Virus record (IMG/VR): IMGVR_UViG_3300033153_009093
Span: 32,001-96,000 of that record
From: a virus
DNA: 64,000 bases
Reading direction: 5' to 3' (one strand)
Of the stretch, positions 48,459 to 61,300 are shown in pieces. The notes under the pieces were generated by a model that saw nothing but the letters and a program-made list of their open reading frames with translations, was not told where the DNA came from and made no database searches. A program made the position numbers and the translations under genes. Within the stretch, counting starts at the first letter, position 1, and every line of letters starts with the position of its first letter.

Positions 48459-49534
48459 TAGTCGATGATTCTATAATATAGAATCAATATATTTATTTAA
48501 ATCTTATAACTTTTATAATATATAAAACTGGTTAGTCAATAGATTACATTTTTGGTGATTATATTAAAAAATGTAACCAAACAAATAATAAATGTAATTG
48601 GGGGAGTTGTTTATATTTTCATAATACTATAAAAACAAACTCATCAATAGATTGTGATAATATAAAAAATGAATTAAATGGATTAACAATTAGACAAATA
48701 GTTTTAATAGCTATGTTTTTTAGATATTTTGATTATGAATATTTACTTAATTCAAAATATCAGTTAACTGATATTATTAATGTAGTTTTTTCTAAAGAGA
48801 ATAAATCATTGGATTTTAAAAACATTTATTCTAAATCATTGTTAAGTACAATATTTTCTCAAAAAGAAAATATTGTTATAAATGAAAATGATAAGATGGA
48901 AAATTTAATAAATGAAATATTATTAACAAAAAATAAAAATGAAAAATTTATTAAATTTAATAAATTACGATCATATATAAATTCAACATTTTATAATAAA
49001 GAAAATAGTTTATATATATTCTTAAGATTTATTAATACAAGTTTTGAAGATTTTTTCCAAGATTATTATATACAAAACTCTATATTGCCAAATGATGAAA
49101 GTAAAGATTTTTTCATAAATATATTAATAAATATTTATAAATATATTATGGTTTTTCCTAATCATACTAAAATATATAATGATAAAAATAATTTAAAAAT
49201 GTTAAGAACTAAAGCTAATGCATTAAAATTAAGTAAACGAGAGCCTGATTATTTAAAAGGTGATTAGGATGATCAAAGATTAATGGATTATACTTCAGAT
49301 GATAATGTAAAATTATATATTACATCTATAGATTCTTATTATTATATCTATAAAAAATATGACTCTATAGATGATAAAAATTTTTAGTTAATGATAGAAA
49401 TATTTAATTATTTAGATGATTTGAACAATCTTAAATATAAATCTTTACGAAGCGTTATTATAGAATTAACTAAAATATTAAAGTATAACATAAACCAACA
49501 ATATGATATTGATATAAATGACATTTTTAATTAA
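47994..49534 (+). CDS. gpGT-like -1 frameshift product, about 513 aa
   Basis: T TTT TTA at 48356-48362; the -1 frame is open 48350-49534 with no ATG until 48713. It encodes a G/S/D linker followed by TG*SIDYI and LTIRQIV. Confidence 0.7.
48356..48393 (+). promoter_or_regulatory. Programmed -1 ribosomal frameshift signal
   Basis: Slippery T-TTT-TTA, 8-nt spacer, hairpin TCGCC-C-GAT-TCAGG-ATC-A-GGCGA. Confidence 0.7.
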
Positions 49535-50064
49535 GTCTAATTAATAATTGACCATTGTATATTAACTGTATAAATATTAGCATTAATTTTTAATATTGGA
49601 ACTATAGAATCTAAATAATTCAGTTCATCATATACTTCATCTTTATATAAAAATGAACTGGTTTTCTAAAAAATATTACTGGTTAATTTCCAATTATTAA
49701 ATTCGTTCTATAAATTAGAAAATATATCCAGTGGCAATCCATCAGGTGCGATTAATAGTATATCATCAATTTTATTCTGAATTTCTGATATTACATCTGA
49801 TGATATATCTATTCCTATATCATCATATGCTAAATTAGCTTGCCATGAATACCCTTTTAACTTATACGAAACCGGTTCAATTGTAGGGGTGGCTTTAAAT
49901 GAAAAAGAATATTTAAAGCCACCCTAATCAGCGTCACAGCCAACTTCGTTACATACACATGCAATTTCCTGATAATCACTTTGAACCTTTCCTACATATT
50001 TCAATGATTGGGATTCTACATTAAAATATGGCATTTTATATAACGATGAACTTTCTTTTATCAT
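49531..50064 (-). CDS. 177-aa protein downstream of the tape measure gene, distal-tail/baseplate candidate (4 TAG)
   Basis: ATG 9 nt after the TMP stop with GAGGA RBS; context DAD*GGF; TTAA overlap with the converging gene. Confidence 0.7.
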
Positions 50065-50073
50065 TTTAAATCC

Positions 50074-53000
50074 TCATGGCATTAAAATAAACGATTCTTC
50101 ATTATCAGCAGGTGCTATAGCAGGCGATTTATTTAGTAATCCTTCTAATGCCGCTGCATTACTAACTGCTGCTGCCCCTTCCGCTGTTCTATCTCCTATA
50201 TCTGTTTGATGTGTATCAATTGTAATAGGCTCTTGTTGAGTGGCAGTTTTACTAACATCACTATCAATCACAGCACTGCTTATTGTAGCAGTGGCAATTT
50301 CTGACTGTTTGGATACTGTATCAATTTGATGAGTAGATGCTTGTCTAAAGTTATTAACGGCAGAATCAAATTGTTTAGTATCTACCGTTTGAGAAATTAC
50401 ATTACCTAAATTTTCAACTACTGGAATTGCTGCCGCCCCTCCTTTTATTTCCGCCCCAACTTCATTGCCTATTTCAGTTGATAAATTGGGCTGCATTGCT
50501 TGCGCAACACCATCACTACTTACTCTATTTGATGCGTCAATTACAGCTTCTCCCATAAATTTACTATGTTCTTTATTAAAAGTAACATCTTTTCCACCGG
50601 CAGAAATAGCACCATATCCTTTCGATTCCATTAAATATCTACTACGTTCTTCAGAACTAGGAAGTTTTGCGTATTCCATTTTTTCAGTGGCACTTAATCC
50701 TGCGAGTTCTGGAGTTGTTCTAACATCTCCGCCACTTAATAATGATAACATAACATCGCTATTTGTTTTTGCTACTAATTGATCTACTCTTTTCGATGCA
50801 ACTCTATCATATGACCCCGTATCTCCACCTGCAAATTGTGCAACTCCCGCCCTAATTTGATAATCATTTAATCCTAATTTTCTTTGAGATGCTATATTAG
50901 CATCAATGAAGGTAGAGAATTTTTTTCGATCCTGTGGTGTCTGTGCTCCTTCATAACCTTCAAATGCGGTTTTTAATTCTTCAGCGGATGATTGTCGTAA
51001 ACGTTGACGTTGTTGCTAATTAGTACCTAGCATAGTACTTGTAACATTCTGAAATTCTTTACTACCTACAGATGAAGCTTGAAAAGCTAATTGTGCTGTT
51101 TGTTCAGCACCTTGTAAACTCATAGTCTTAGCTTTTAAAGTATCTTTTTCACCTGCTTCATATTCGCTTCTTAATGTTGAAACCTGACCAAATTGTTCAT
51201 CTGATAAAGTTCCCATTTGTCGCAATCTATCAATTCCGGTCATTCCTTCATCATCGACTTTAGATAGATCTTCAACACTTTTAATATCAGTTAAACCGAA
51301 CGCTAATTGTGCCATAGGATCTTTTTTCATTTCTTCAAAACCCTGAGCAGCGGCAAATTGTTTCCCTTTTCCTGTAATATCCATAGTTTGAATAGAATCA
51401 TTTAATGTATCTATAAATGCCATTGTTGTCTTTGAAAAATCACCGGAAGTGGTTAACCCTTCAGAAAATACGTTTACCGCCTTGCCAGCGTTTTCTAATG
51501 AAAAATTAAATTTCTTTTCAACCGATTGACTAGTTGCCTCAAATACTCTACCTAAAGCCAAACTACTTTTTTCAAATTCTTCTGAAGCCATTCTCATTTT
51601 ACCGAATGTATCTAACTTCTGAACACCTTCATCTTGCATAAGTTCAGTTATCTGTACATCTGATAAATCTTTTAATGCAGTATCTTTGCCAAATTTTTGC
51701 TGTGCTATTTCAGTTAATTCATCGCCTCTAATATCACTGACAGATTCTTTTCTACGTTCCATCGCATATTCTAATTCCTGCTTTTTTCCTTTGGAAAGTT
51801 TACTTAAATCTGCACCGGTATATATAGATTGTTGTTTAGCTATTTTTTCAAATGTTTTTTCATTATCAGATATAGCACCAACAAATCCTTTGAAGGCACT
51901 AATTTGTGTAGTATTATAATCTTTTTCTACTGATTGTACCTTTTTTGATGATTCGCTAGTTTTTTGTAATTCTGCTAACTCTTCTTTATCAAATTTACCA
52001 GACTTCTGCGCTACTTCTAAACCTGATCTAAGAACTGGTAATCCTAAAACTGTAGTGGACATTTTTTGATTTAATTGATTAGCACTAGTTATTCCTATTT
52101 CTTTTAATTTGTCAGATGTTGATTCCGCAAGGCCGCCCATTTCGTCTTTAGGAAGTTCAATGTCTCTTTTTTTGAAATATTCAGATTTAGTATCGCCAAT
52201 GGTTTCATAAGGATCTTTTATACCAATTTCCGCTAATTTTCTACCGGTTTCCATTTCAAGAGTAGAATATAAATCCCTTTCTCCTTTAGAAGTAGCTAAT
52301 GAGCTTCTGACTTGCGAAAACATTTTACTTTGAATTAAACTGCCTTGATTTAATTCTTTAAATAACGCCATTCCTTTTTCATCACCTAAAGGAGCAACTA
52401 AAGAATTCAATCTACCTTTTTCAGCTTGTAAAATTGTTTGTGTCTGGTTTTTATCTTCAAAATCAACAACTTGTAAGGTATCAATAAATTTGCCAGTCAT
52501 TTCTTTATTAATTTTAGCAGAGTTAACAATTACTCTTTTTACTTTACTAAAATCTTTTTCTTCAATACCTTCCTGCATCACTTCATTTAAACCTTGCGAT
52601 ACTTGCGAACTTACCGCAGCCGATCCAAGATATTCAGAAACTGTATTTCTAGGGCGAATATCTTGATCTTGTTTTAAATAATTAATCAATCTATATGAAG
52701 CCGAAGACCTTTCATCATCGTAGTTTTCCAAATAGCCTGTATCAGAAGTGCCATAAATATCAGCGACTGTATTAATAGCCTTTAGTTGAACATTTTTATT
52801 TCTTTCTGCATCTGTTTTTAATTTCCTAGTTGTTACTAATTTTGTTTCCTCCGCTCCGGTTAGGCCGCCTCCTGCAATTTCTTTATATTCTAATTCTGCC
52901 ATATCGACATTTAAATCTTCAATTTTTTTATTATAATATTCAGCCCCGCCCATGAATCCAGTAGTTAACCCTTTTAATCCTGTTGCTTCTGTTGTCATTT

Positions 53001-56000
53001 TACTTTTACCAGAAAAATAATCTGAACCTGCCTAAGTAGTACCCATTCCAGCAGCGGCAAGACCTAATAAAGGTAATAGTGTCCCGCCTGACATTATAGC
53101 CGCTGTAGCCCCGCCCCCAATTAATAATGTTTTTAATAATGCATTATCCATCATTGATTTCTTTCCGGCTTGCTTTCTTAATTTTTCATTACCCATTACA
53201 GATCCACCGGCTTTCATTAAAGCTGTTCTATCAACCCCTGCAAAATCAATAGACTCCATATCTAACATATAAGATCCTTGTTGTTCGCTTATTTCTCTAT
53301 CTGATTTTAATTTTGATCTGTATAATTCTAAACCTGTAGTTAAAACTGCAAGGCCTCCGCCTAATCCTCCTACTTTACCCAATGAAGCGGTAAATGCTCC
53401 TACTCCCATTAATGACCTTGCACCTAAAAGGCCCCCGCCTAAAAGGCCAGTGGCTCCTATACCTGCTCCCATTGCTTGGCCTTTCGACATACCGAGTTCT
53501 TTAGCAATGTCATGACTTTGCATACCTACAAGTAAAGGGTCTATGAATGATGCCAACCCGCCTGCAACTCTCCCTATATTTCGCATTGTACCAGAACGTC
53601 TTATTAATGAACTTAATCTATTAACATTTCTTAATGCGCCTAATCTTTTTCCGCCTGTTTCCATTGTCCCTGTAACTTGCCTAAGTAATGAGGGGTCACT
53701 TTCTAACGCCTGTAATGCAACATTTCCGGCTAATGCTCGTTGTTGCTGCGAAGGTGACATTTGCATTAATGAACTTACGCCCCCGGCTCTATATCTTGTA
53801 AATTGTTCACTGCCAACAGCTTCCATTAAATTTAATTGCCGCCTTCCTCCTAATGCGGCTCTTACATTACTAGGAACATCAACAGAAATATTTGCCAACG
53901 CTTCTTTATTTCTAGTTAATAACCTTGTCATTTTATCAGCAATTTTTGGGCTTGTTAATGTACTAAAATCATATGAACCTATACCTTTTAAAGTATCTCT
54001 TGTTTTTGCGGTTGATATCATTTTATCTATTCCGGGCATTACCCGCGAAACTCGTTGTTCCATTGTTGTAACGGCTTTGAATCTATTATTTCTAAATCCA
54101 TCTAATAAACCTCGTGTATGATCAGAAGATTCTCTTAACTATCTTCCATTCTGTTTCAATAACCTCAATTGATCTGTTGATATATTGCCTGTTGATATGT
54201 CAGCTATATTTACATTTAAATCTTTTGCAAACCTCGTTAAAGCTCCTGTATCAGTAACTCTTGATAAATCCCTCACAGATGAAATATTCGCTATTTTAGT
54301 ATAATCTTTTGCGGCTCCTTGAAGTTTTGAAACCATACCGGACGTTATTTCATCGCCTATTTTAAAAGTATCACCGTATGAACTTTTCCCACCTGTATAC
54401 CTAATGGCTCTTTCGGTAGAACGAGCCATGTCATAACCATAGGAAACTCCCGATAACTCTCTTCTTAATGAAGAAACGTCTGTTCGTTTGGCAGCCCTAA
54501 CGCCTTTATTCATATATGTTTGATTTTCTAATGATTCAACGCTTCCCATTTTTAATGTATCAGATAATTTATTTATATCCGATTCCTTAAACCCTACACT
54601 CTTTAATCTATCAAAATAGTTAGTAAATGCCTTTTGATTACTTCTTGACATTGTAGATAAATCCATTGATCTATCTAATGCGCCTCCAATGACATTCATT
54701 CTTGTACTGGCTCCTGCTCCTGCCCGTCTTGTTGAAATGTCACCGCTTACTGATTCAATTTGTTTAGTTGCTCTTGTAATATCACTTGTAAGAATATTGT
54801 CCAATTGAGTTCGTTGAGTTTCTAATAAACTGCCAATATTTCCCCTTGTTATTTTTCTAGGCAAAACTTGTCCCGCACCAACACTATCAGCGAGATTATC
54901 TATAGCTGTTATACTACCGCCAGTACGTGCTCTAAATGCCTCTGTAGTGGACGATGGAGTACCCTACATACCTCCGCCTGCCTTTCTACTCATTCGATTA
55001 AATAGGCCTTGTTCAAACCCTTTTTCAAGCAAGGCAGGTATCAATCTTAATCCACCTACAGCACCAAGAGCCGGTAGCGCTAAATTTGCCATGGAACCCA
55101 TTGTGCCCATGGGACTTTCCATAATAGCACTACCGATTCCAGATATGATACCAGATGCCATATTAGAAAAAGTTTTAGTCGCGACCGCAGCAATATCACC
55201 TCCTATTAATCCTAAAACGTCACCAAATTTACCAGATATGACTCCGTCTATTTTTAATGTGGTATCTTTCTATATTCCTCCCATATCATCAATGAGAGTT
55301 TCAAATCGTTGACCTATCTCATCCATTGACAAGCCTTCAAAGTTTTTTTCCATAGCATCCATAACTTGAGTCATTGGCATAGATTTATATGTACCAACTC
55401 CAACACCCATAAATTTAGAAACCGCCTGATCCATTCCGCCTTGAAATGGTTTAAACATACTGCTGGCGTAATTTAAAAATTCTTTATTGGAACTTAATGT
55501 AGAAAATCCCGTTTGAAATGCAGTAGCCGCACCGGTTACAGTTTTATATAACCCTGTTCTTTCCATAACTTCTTTTGTTACCATTTGTAATGAATCTCCG
55601 AAGTTATCTACTTGTTTACTAAATGTATATTTTTGTTTTTCTAATACATCTAGTCCAACAGCTTTACCAATAAATCTATGCAAACCTTCTACTAATTTTG
55701 TAGGATCTGAAGACATTTCTGCTTTTGTCATACCACTCAATGACTCAATGACTTCGGGCGAAACGTTAAATCTCATTTGCATTGATCGCCATGAACCCGA
55801 CATAGCTTCGACCATTGAAAACATTGCACCTTGCATGCCTTGTTCAGGTGCAATTAAAGATAACCCTGATACTGTTTCCATTAATTGATTTTGAAATTTT
55901 TCCGATGTTAAATGAGGTTTAACTTCGGGATATACTGCCATTTTAGTTAATGCACCTAACGCTTCTTCTGTTTTAATAGGGTAATCTCTTGCCATTTTTA

Positions 56001-56715
56001 AAGCACTTTTCAACGCTTTATCAGCTTGTTTTTCGCCTCCTAATGCAGAACCTAACATTGCCTGACTTTGATATAAACCTTCGTACATATCAAAAGGGGA
56101 AGTTAATTGTGATTTGAAACCTTCGACAGCAGAACCAATCCCAGTAAATCCCTTTGCGAAACTTTTTACAGGAGTAAGAGCTTCATTCATTCCAGTTATA
56201 GGCTCTATAACAGTTTCGGCCATTTTCATTTGAGCAGGAAAAACAGCACCAAACATCATCGCATCTTGTACAAATGCCGCAGGGTTTAATGTATCTTTTG
56301 CCCTGCTTATTGCCGATGGTGCTTGAAAATTACCCATTCCTTTATTTATTCCCGACCCTATAGCAGATGATACATTTCTTGAAATATTATTACTAAAAGA
56401 TGGGTGCTGAAATCCAGACTGAAATAAATCGCCTATATCGGGAACTCTTGGTCTTGATATATCATAACTTGGCGCACGGCCTCCTTGTTGTTGTCTAACA
56501 TTTCTAGTACCCTGAGATATCTCACTTAAGCCAGAAATCAACCCGGTTGTATTTTTACCTAAAGAGGTATCTATTTTTCTTACAGAATTTACTAGTCCTC
56601 CTAAATGTGATACAAAATCATTAAACCCATTATTTGCGTTACCTAAATGTCCACTAAAATCATCTAAGTTATTTAATAAAGTATCATTAGGTAATATATT
56701 TCTATTATCGGCCAT
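50074..56715 (-). CDS. Tape measure protein, 2213 aa (5 in-frame TAG)
   Basis: Six track ORFs share one frame, separated only by TAG at 55270, 54964, 54139, 53032 and 51016. Ala/Gly/Met-rich helical composition; ALKMARDYPIKTEEALGALTKM...AMFSMVEAMSG resembles the tape-measure core domain. Confidence 0.88.
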
Positions 56716-56740
56716 ATATTTTTACCAAATTTTTTTATAT

Positions 56741-58393
56741 TTAATTAATTATTTTTTCAAAATATCCTCTGATAGACTATTCTGGCATTATTTCCGTTAA
56801 AATATTTGGAATTTGTAAATAATCTTTAACGGAATTTATATTATAATTATTCAATTCTTCCTAATTCTATGAAGGTTCTTGTAATTTATTATCCTAAGAA
56901 TAATCTTCTTTTAATAAATTTATTAAATTATCAGTATTTTTACAAAAAATATTCTATACTGAAGTATATCTTAGCTATAACATAGCCATTGAATTTGAAT
57001 AATATCCTTTTATAAATCCGGCATTTAAATGTAATGGTTGTAAATAATTTCCAAAAAAAGGAGCAAATATATCATAACCCTTTCCGGATTTTAAATTACT
57101 ATTTATATGAGTTAACTTGCCTAAATTATGTTTACTATTCGATGAAGGATTTAAAATTGTATCAATATTATTTATTTTATCATCGTAGTATTGATATTTA
57201 TCATTCAATGCAAAACTACTTTTTATTGTACATTCTGATTTTTTTACATCTGACATATATTCATTATATAAATTAAATATATATTCAGCAGTGTTAATAA
57301 TATTATCATATAATGAAACAGTATTTTCGTTATATAAATCATTATTAATATTAATATCTAACAAATCTTGTTGGTCTCGTTTTTTAACTTCTACTAATAT
57401 TTCAATAATATTATCAAAACTTATTTTATTTACTTCAATTTCATTTAATTCATTTATTGTAGTAGTATCAAATATATAATCATTAAACACTTCACCACTA
57501 CTAGCTCTTATTTTTTTTGAAAATTGATATACTGTATCATAATTAGAAAATTGTGAATGAAATAAATATCTATATGTTAATGCTATATAATTATTAAACG
57601 TAGAATCTTTTCTAAATAACGGCATCGCATTCCTGAATAATATATTATGCACATTATAATCTATAGATTTTATAGGAAAAGTATAAAATTTGATATTAGT
57701 ATACTGGCCCCTTTCTAGTAAACATCTAGGCAAACCTAAAGATAATAAATAATTACACATATATAAACTCCTAGATATATTATAATCCATTGGGTAACAT
57801 AGATTTTCTGTAAAAGCAAAACTGGTTATATTATATGCCACTTTAAATAATTCAAAATATTCAATATCAGTTATTTCTTTTTTCATCTTATCAAATAAAT
57901 ATAACGATCCTAAAAAAATAGGTATAGAATTAAATAACTATTTTTTTATTACATATTTCCTACTATATTCTTCAGGATCAGCTAAATTGATTTTTCTAAA
58001 ATAATAATCATAAGGGTTATCATATGGAAAATCAATACTTGTATATAAATCCGAATCGGTTTTTATTATAGCACGATGAAACGAATTCAAATTAGACCTA
58101 TATGTCACGCTCCTACTTTCTATATTTAATATAGACATGCATGTCATTACGCTTAAAAAAGATGGAGCAGGATTAGATATATTGGACATTAGTCCATATA
58201 ATGTACCAGTGGAAGAAAGTACTGCATTTGTCAATGCTGTACCCAATTTAGAATTTAATGAAGTTGTCAAATATCCATAATCAACCGTACTCTATCTTTC
58301 GGAAAGATAGTTATAATACATATAAATATTATCTTCTGTAGTAGAAAAATATGACTCTTCGTAATGGTGTGCATACAAAAATGTATCATCCAT
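56741..58393 (-). CDS. 550-aa hypothetical protein upstream of TMP (TAG-recoded)
   Basis: Joins 57938..58270 and 56975..57886. Contexts ER*ST, PS*N*EE, PE*SI. ATG overlaps the upstream gene end. Confidence 0.78.
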
Positions 58394-61300
58394 TTTTAAA
58401 CCATTCTAAATCAGGAAAAGATAAATCGCAGCCCGCTGTTCCTTTATATACATCTGTTAATATATTAAGCGATTTGCCGTTTACAGAATCTCCCATATCT
58501 TCCTCTCTAATATTTCCAAAACTATCGGTTTTTTTATACGTAGGATTTTTAACATAATCTAACCGCTTTACTTCAGCTATTAAATATTCATTATCAAGAA
58601 CATCAATCAATTCTACTTTATATCTAATATCCTTTGTTATTGTATAATTTTCACCATTAAATGTATAGTAAATTATTAACGTTGTATAATATTCGCCTGT
58701 TTGATTCGGTACATTAAATCCTCTTATTAATATTTTTAAATTATTTTTATCATATTTATAATAAGTTTTATTTATTATTTTTTCATTATTAGATTTAATA
58801 TTATAAATTTCATTAGTATCTCCGAATATAATACAATAATCTGTATCATTAATAAAATTATCCGCTATTCTTATTTTATCTATAACTAAATACGATTGAG
58901 TCGCTTTAAATATTTGAACCGGCATTTCAAATATCATTTTATAATTTGAATCTGATACAATGGTTATAGGATTTTCATTATAATCTACCGTTTTAATTAT
59001 CAAAGGATTTTCTAATACTTTTCTTTGCATAGCACTATGCAATTTATATGGCGAATTTGGCAAATTATATTTAGTATTATCTATAACTAATTGTAATGTA
59101 TTCTATTTTAAATTTTCAAAAATTATAGATAAATAATTATCTTCAGTATTAAATTTTATAGTATTATCACCCTTAAAATAAAATTCATATCCATTATTAT
59201 CTACTAATGAACTGTTAATAGAAGCGGATATAATATTATCATAATGACCATCGCAAGATAATGAGATATAATGAGATATTTTTAAACCATTATTTAATTT
59301 CATTTTTATATTTGTCTTAAAGTACCCACTACTATTAAAAGTATTAGATAAAAAGTTTGTATTTGTCAAGATATCATTGACATCATCAAATAGCCAATTT
59401 TCCTAATTTATAGTATCTTCTATAGGAATATTACCTGTTTCATTAAATAACTTTAAATGAAATTTTAAAGCTTCATCCTACATACTATGATTAGATTCAT
59501 TTTCTTTAATAGACGGAAATATAAAACTATTAGTATATGTACCACTTAAATCATTATTATAAATTTCCAGTGTTCCAGTATCCATTAATTTTGAAACTTT
59601 TTCATAAGATATTTCTGGCAATATATATTTATGAGATTTCCCAACTAAACTTAAATTTTTTGTTAATGATTTTGATTTTGGTGAATTTTCAATAGCTAAT
59701 TCATCTACTAAATTTGATAATATTTCAATAGTATTGCTAGGTATATTTTTATCTTTTCCTACAAAACTATTAGCTATACTTATGGCTAAATTTTCGCCAT
59801 AATCTCTAAAAAATAAACTTAAAATAGTTACAGGGTCAACTATTTTAAAATTCAATAAAATTCCAAATGTTTTAAAATCTTCTAAATCAAAATCATTATT
59901 TAAAATATATGATAGCAGCGTTTCATTTTTTACAGAAATAATACCATTTAATGAAAAAGAGAATTGATCAATGTTAGTTTGTTTACCTATTAAATATAAA
60001 TAATTTTGGTCTGTATCGATCATATTATTAACTTCTGTAAGTGCTGTCTCATCAGATGGTGAATTTACAAAATTACTAATATCATCTATAATATATTTCG
60101 ATGATGATGGATGTATTAGAGGTATCTTTATATAAATAACATCACCAAATTGAGTAGTCTAATTTATTATATCTGTTAAATTTGATCTATCTATTACAAC
60201 TTTATATGTTTCATTTACGTAAAATAAATAATCAATATCAACTAATGCATTATTATTTTCAACTTGCAAAATTGAAGAATTTATAAAAGATATTTTACTT
60301 GATGAAAATGTCTTTTCTATTTTATATTTATCGTTTTGATTTGATTCGTCTATATAAAATTGATTTTGTTCAAAATCAATTTGTACAATTTTAGCTGTCT
60401 TATCTATAAAGTTCATTACAGCCCTCAAATAATCATCTAATGAAGGTATAGGCAATTCAACTGTATCAATTATCGATGTCACATCAGTTTCTAAATCATG
60501 TTCAATTAAATCATATATAGCTATTCCACTTTCATAACTATCACTATAATCGGTCGCATCTATATCTTCTGTTAAAGATAATATTTTAAATTCTAAAGGA
60601 GCAATATTATATTCTTTATAATCATTAATAATTGTCTTTGGTGTATTATTTTCTTTTAATGAAAATGCTATTTTTTTATTATTGAATGATGAATTAAATA
60701 ATAATAATGTTGATTTTGATTTTGTGGGTTTGTCAATATAATTAACTAAATCCTTCTTATTATTACTACCAGAAAATAAATCATAATAATTTGAAGTATG
60801 GCTATCTTGACTATCCTAAAAAGCATTCTTTGCTAATGATGACAGCTCTTCCTTAGTTTTTTCTACCGAAACTTTTTTATCTATAACAAAAACAGTATTT
60901 GCCGATTCTTTATAAAACATATATGGAACAAACTATTCCAATTTTATATTATGAGAATAACAACCTAATAGCAATGAAGCTATATTAAACCCAAAATATT
61001 TTGGTTTATTTTTTATATTTAAATTTAAAGTAGTTGTAATACAATTATTACATTTATATCTTATTAAATAATTAAAATAATCCAATACTTCATATTTTGA
61101 ATTAGACTAAATTACATTATTTAATTCATCTTCTGGATTTTCTAAATCTTCATAATCCAATGGAATAGCAACGTATAAATCATCTGTACAGTTAAATATA
61201 TCAAAATATAATTCTGATACTTTTACGGCTGTTGAATCTATTGTTGATAATTTTATTTCTAATTCTATATTATGTACTATTTCTTTTTGCTATGAATATT

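Noticed and set aside
50465-55312. Plus-strand track ORFs 50465, 51686, 53543 and 54947
   Set aside because: Antisense shadows of the tape measure gene, with no RBS or motifs.
50074-56715. Higher-GC segment as a horizontally acquired island
   Set aside because: Explained by the Ala/Gly-rich TMP composition; third positions remain AT-rich and the gene uses the same TAG code.
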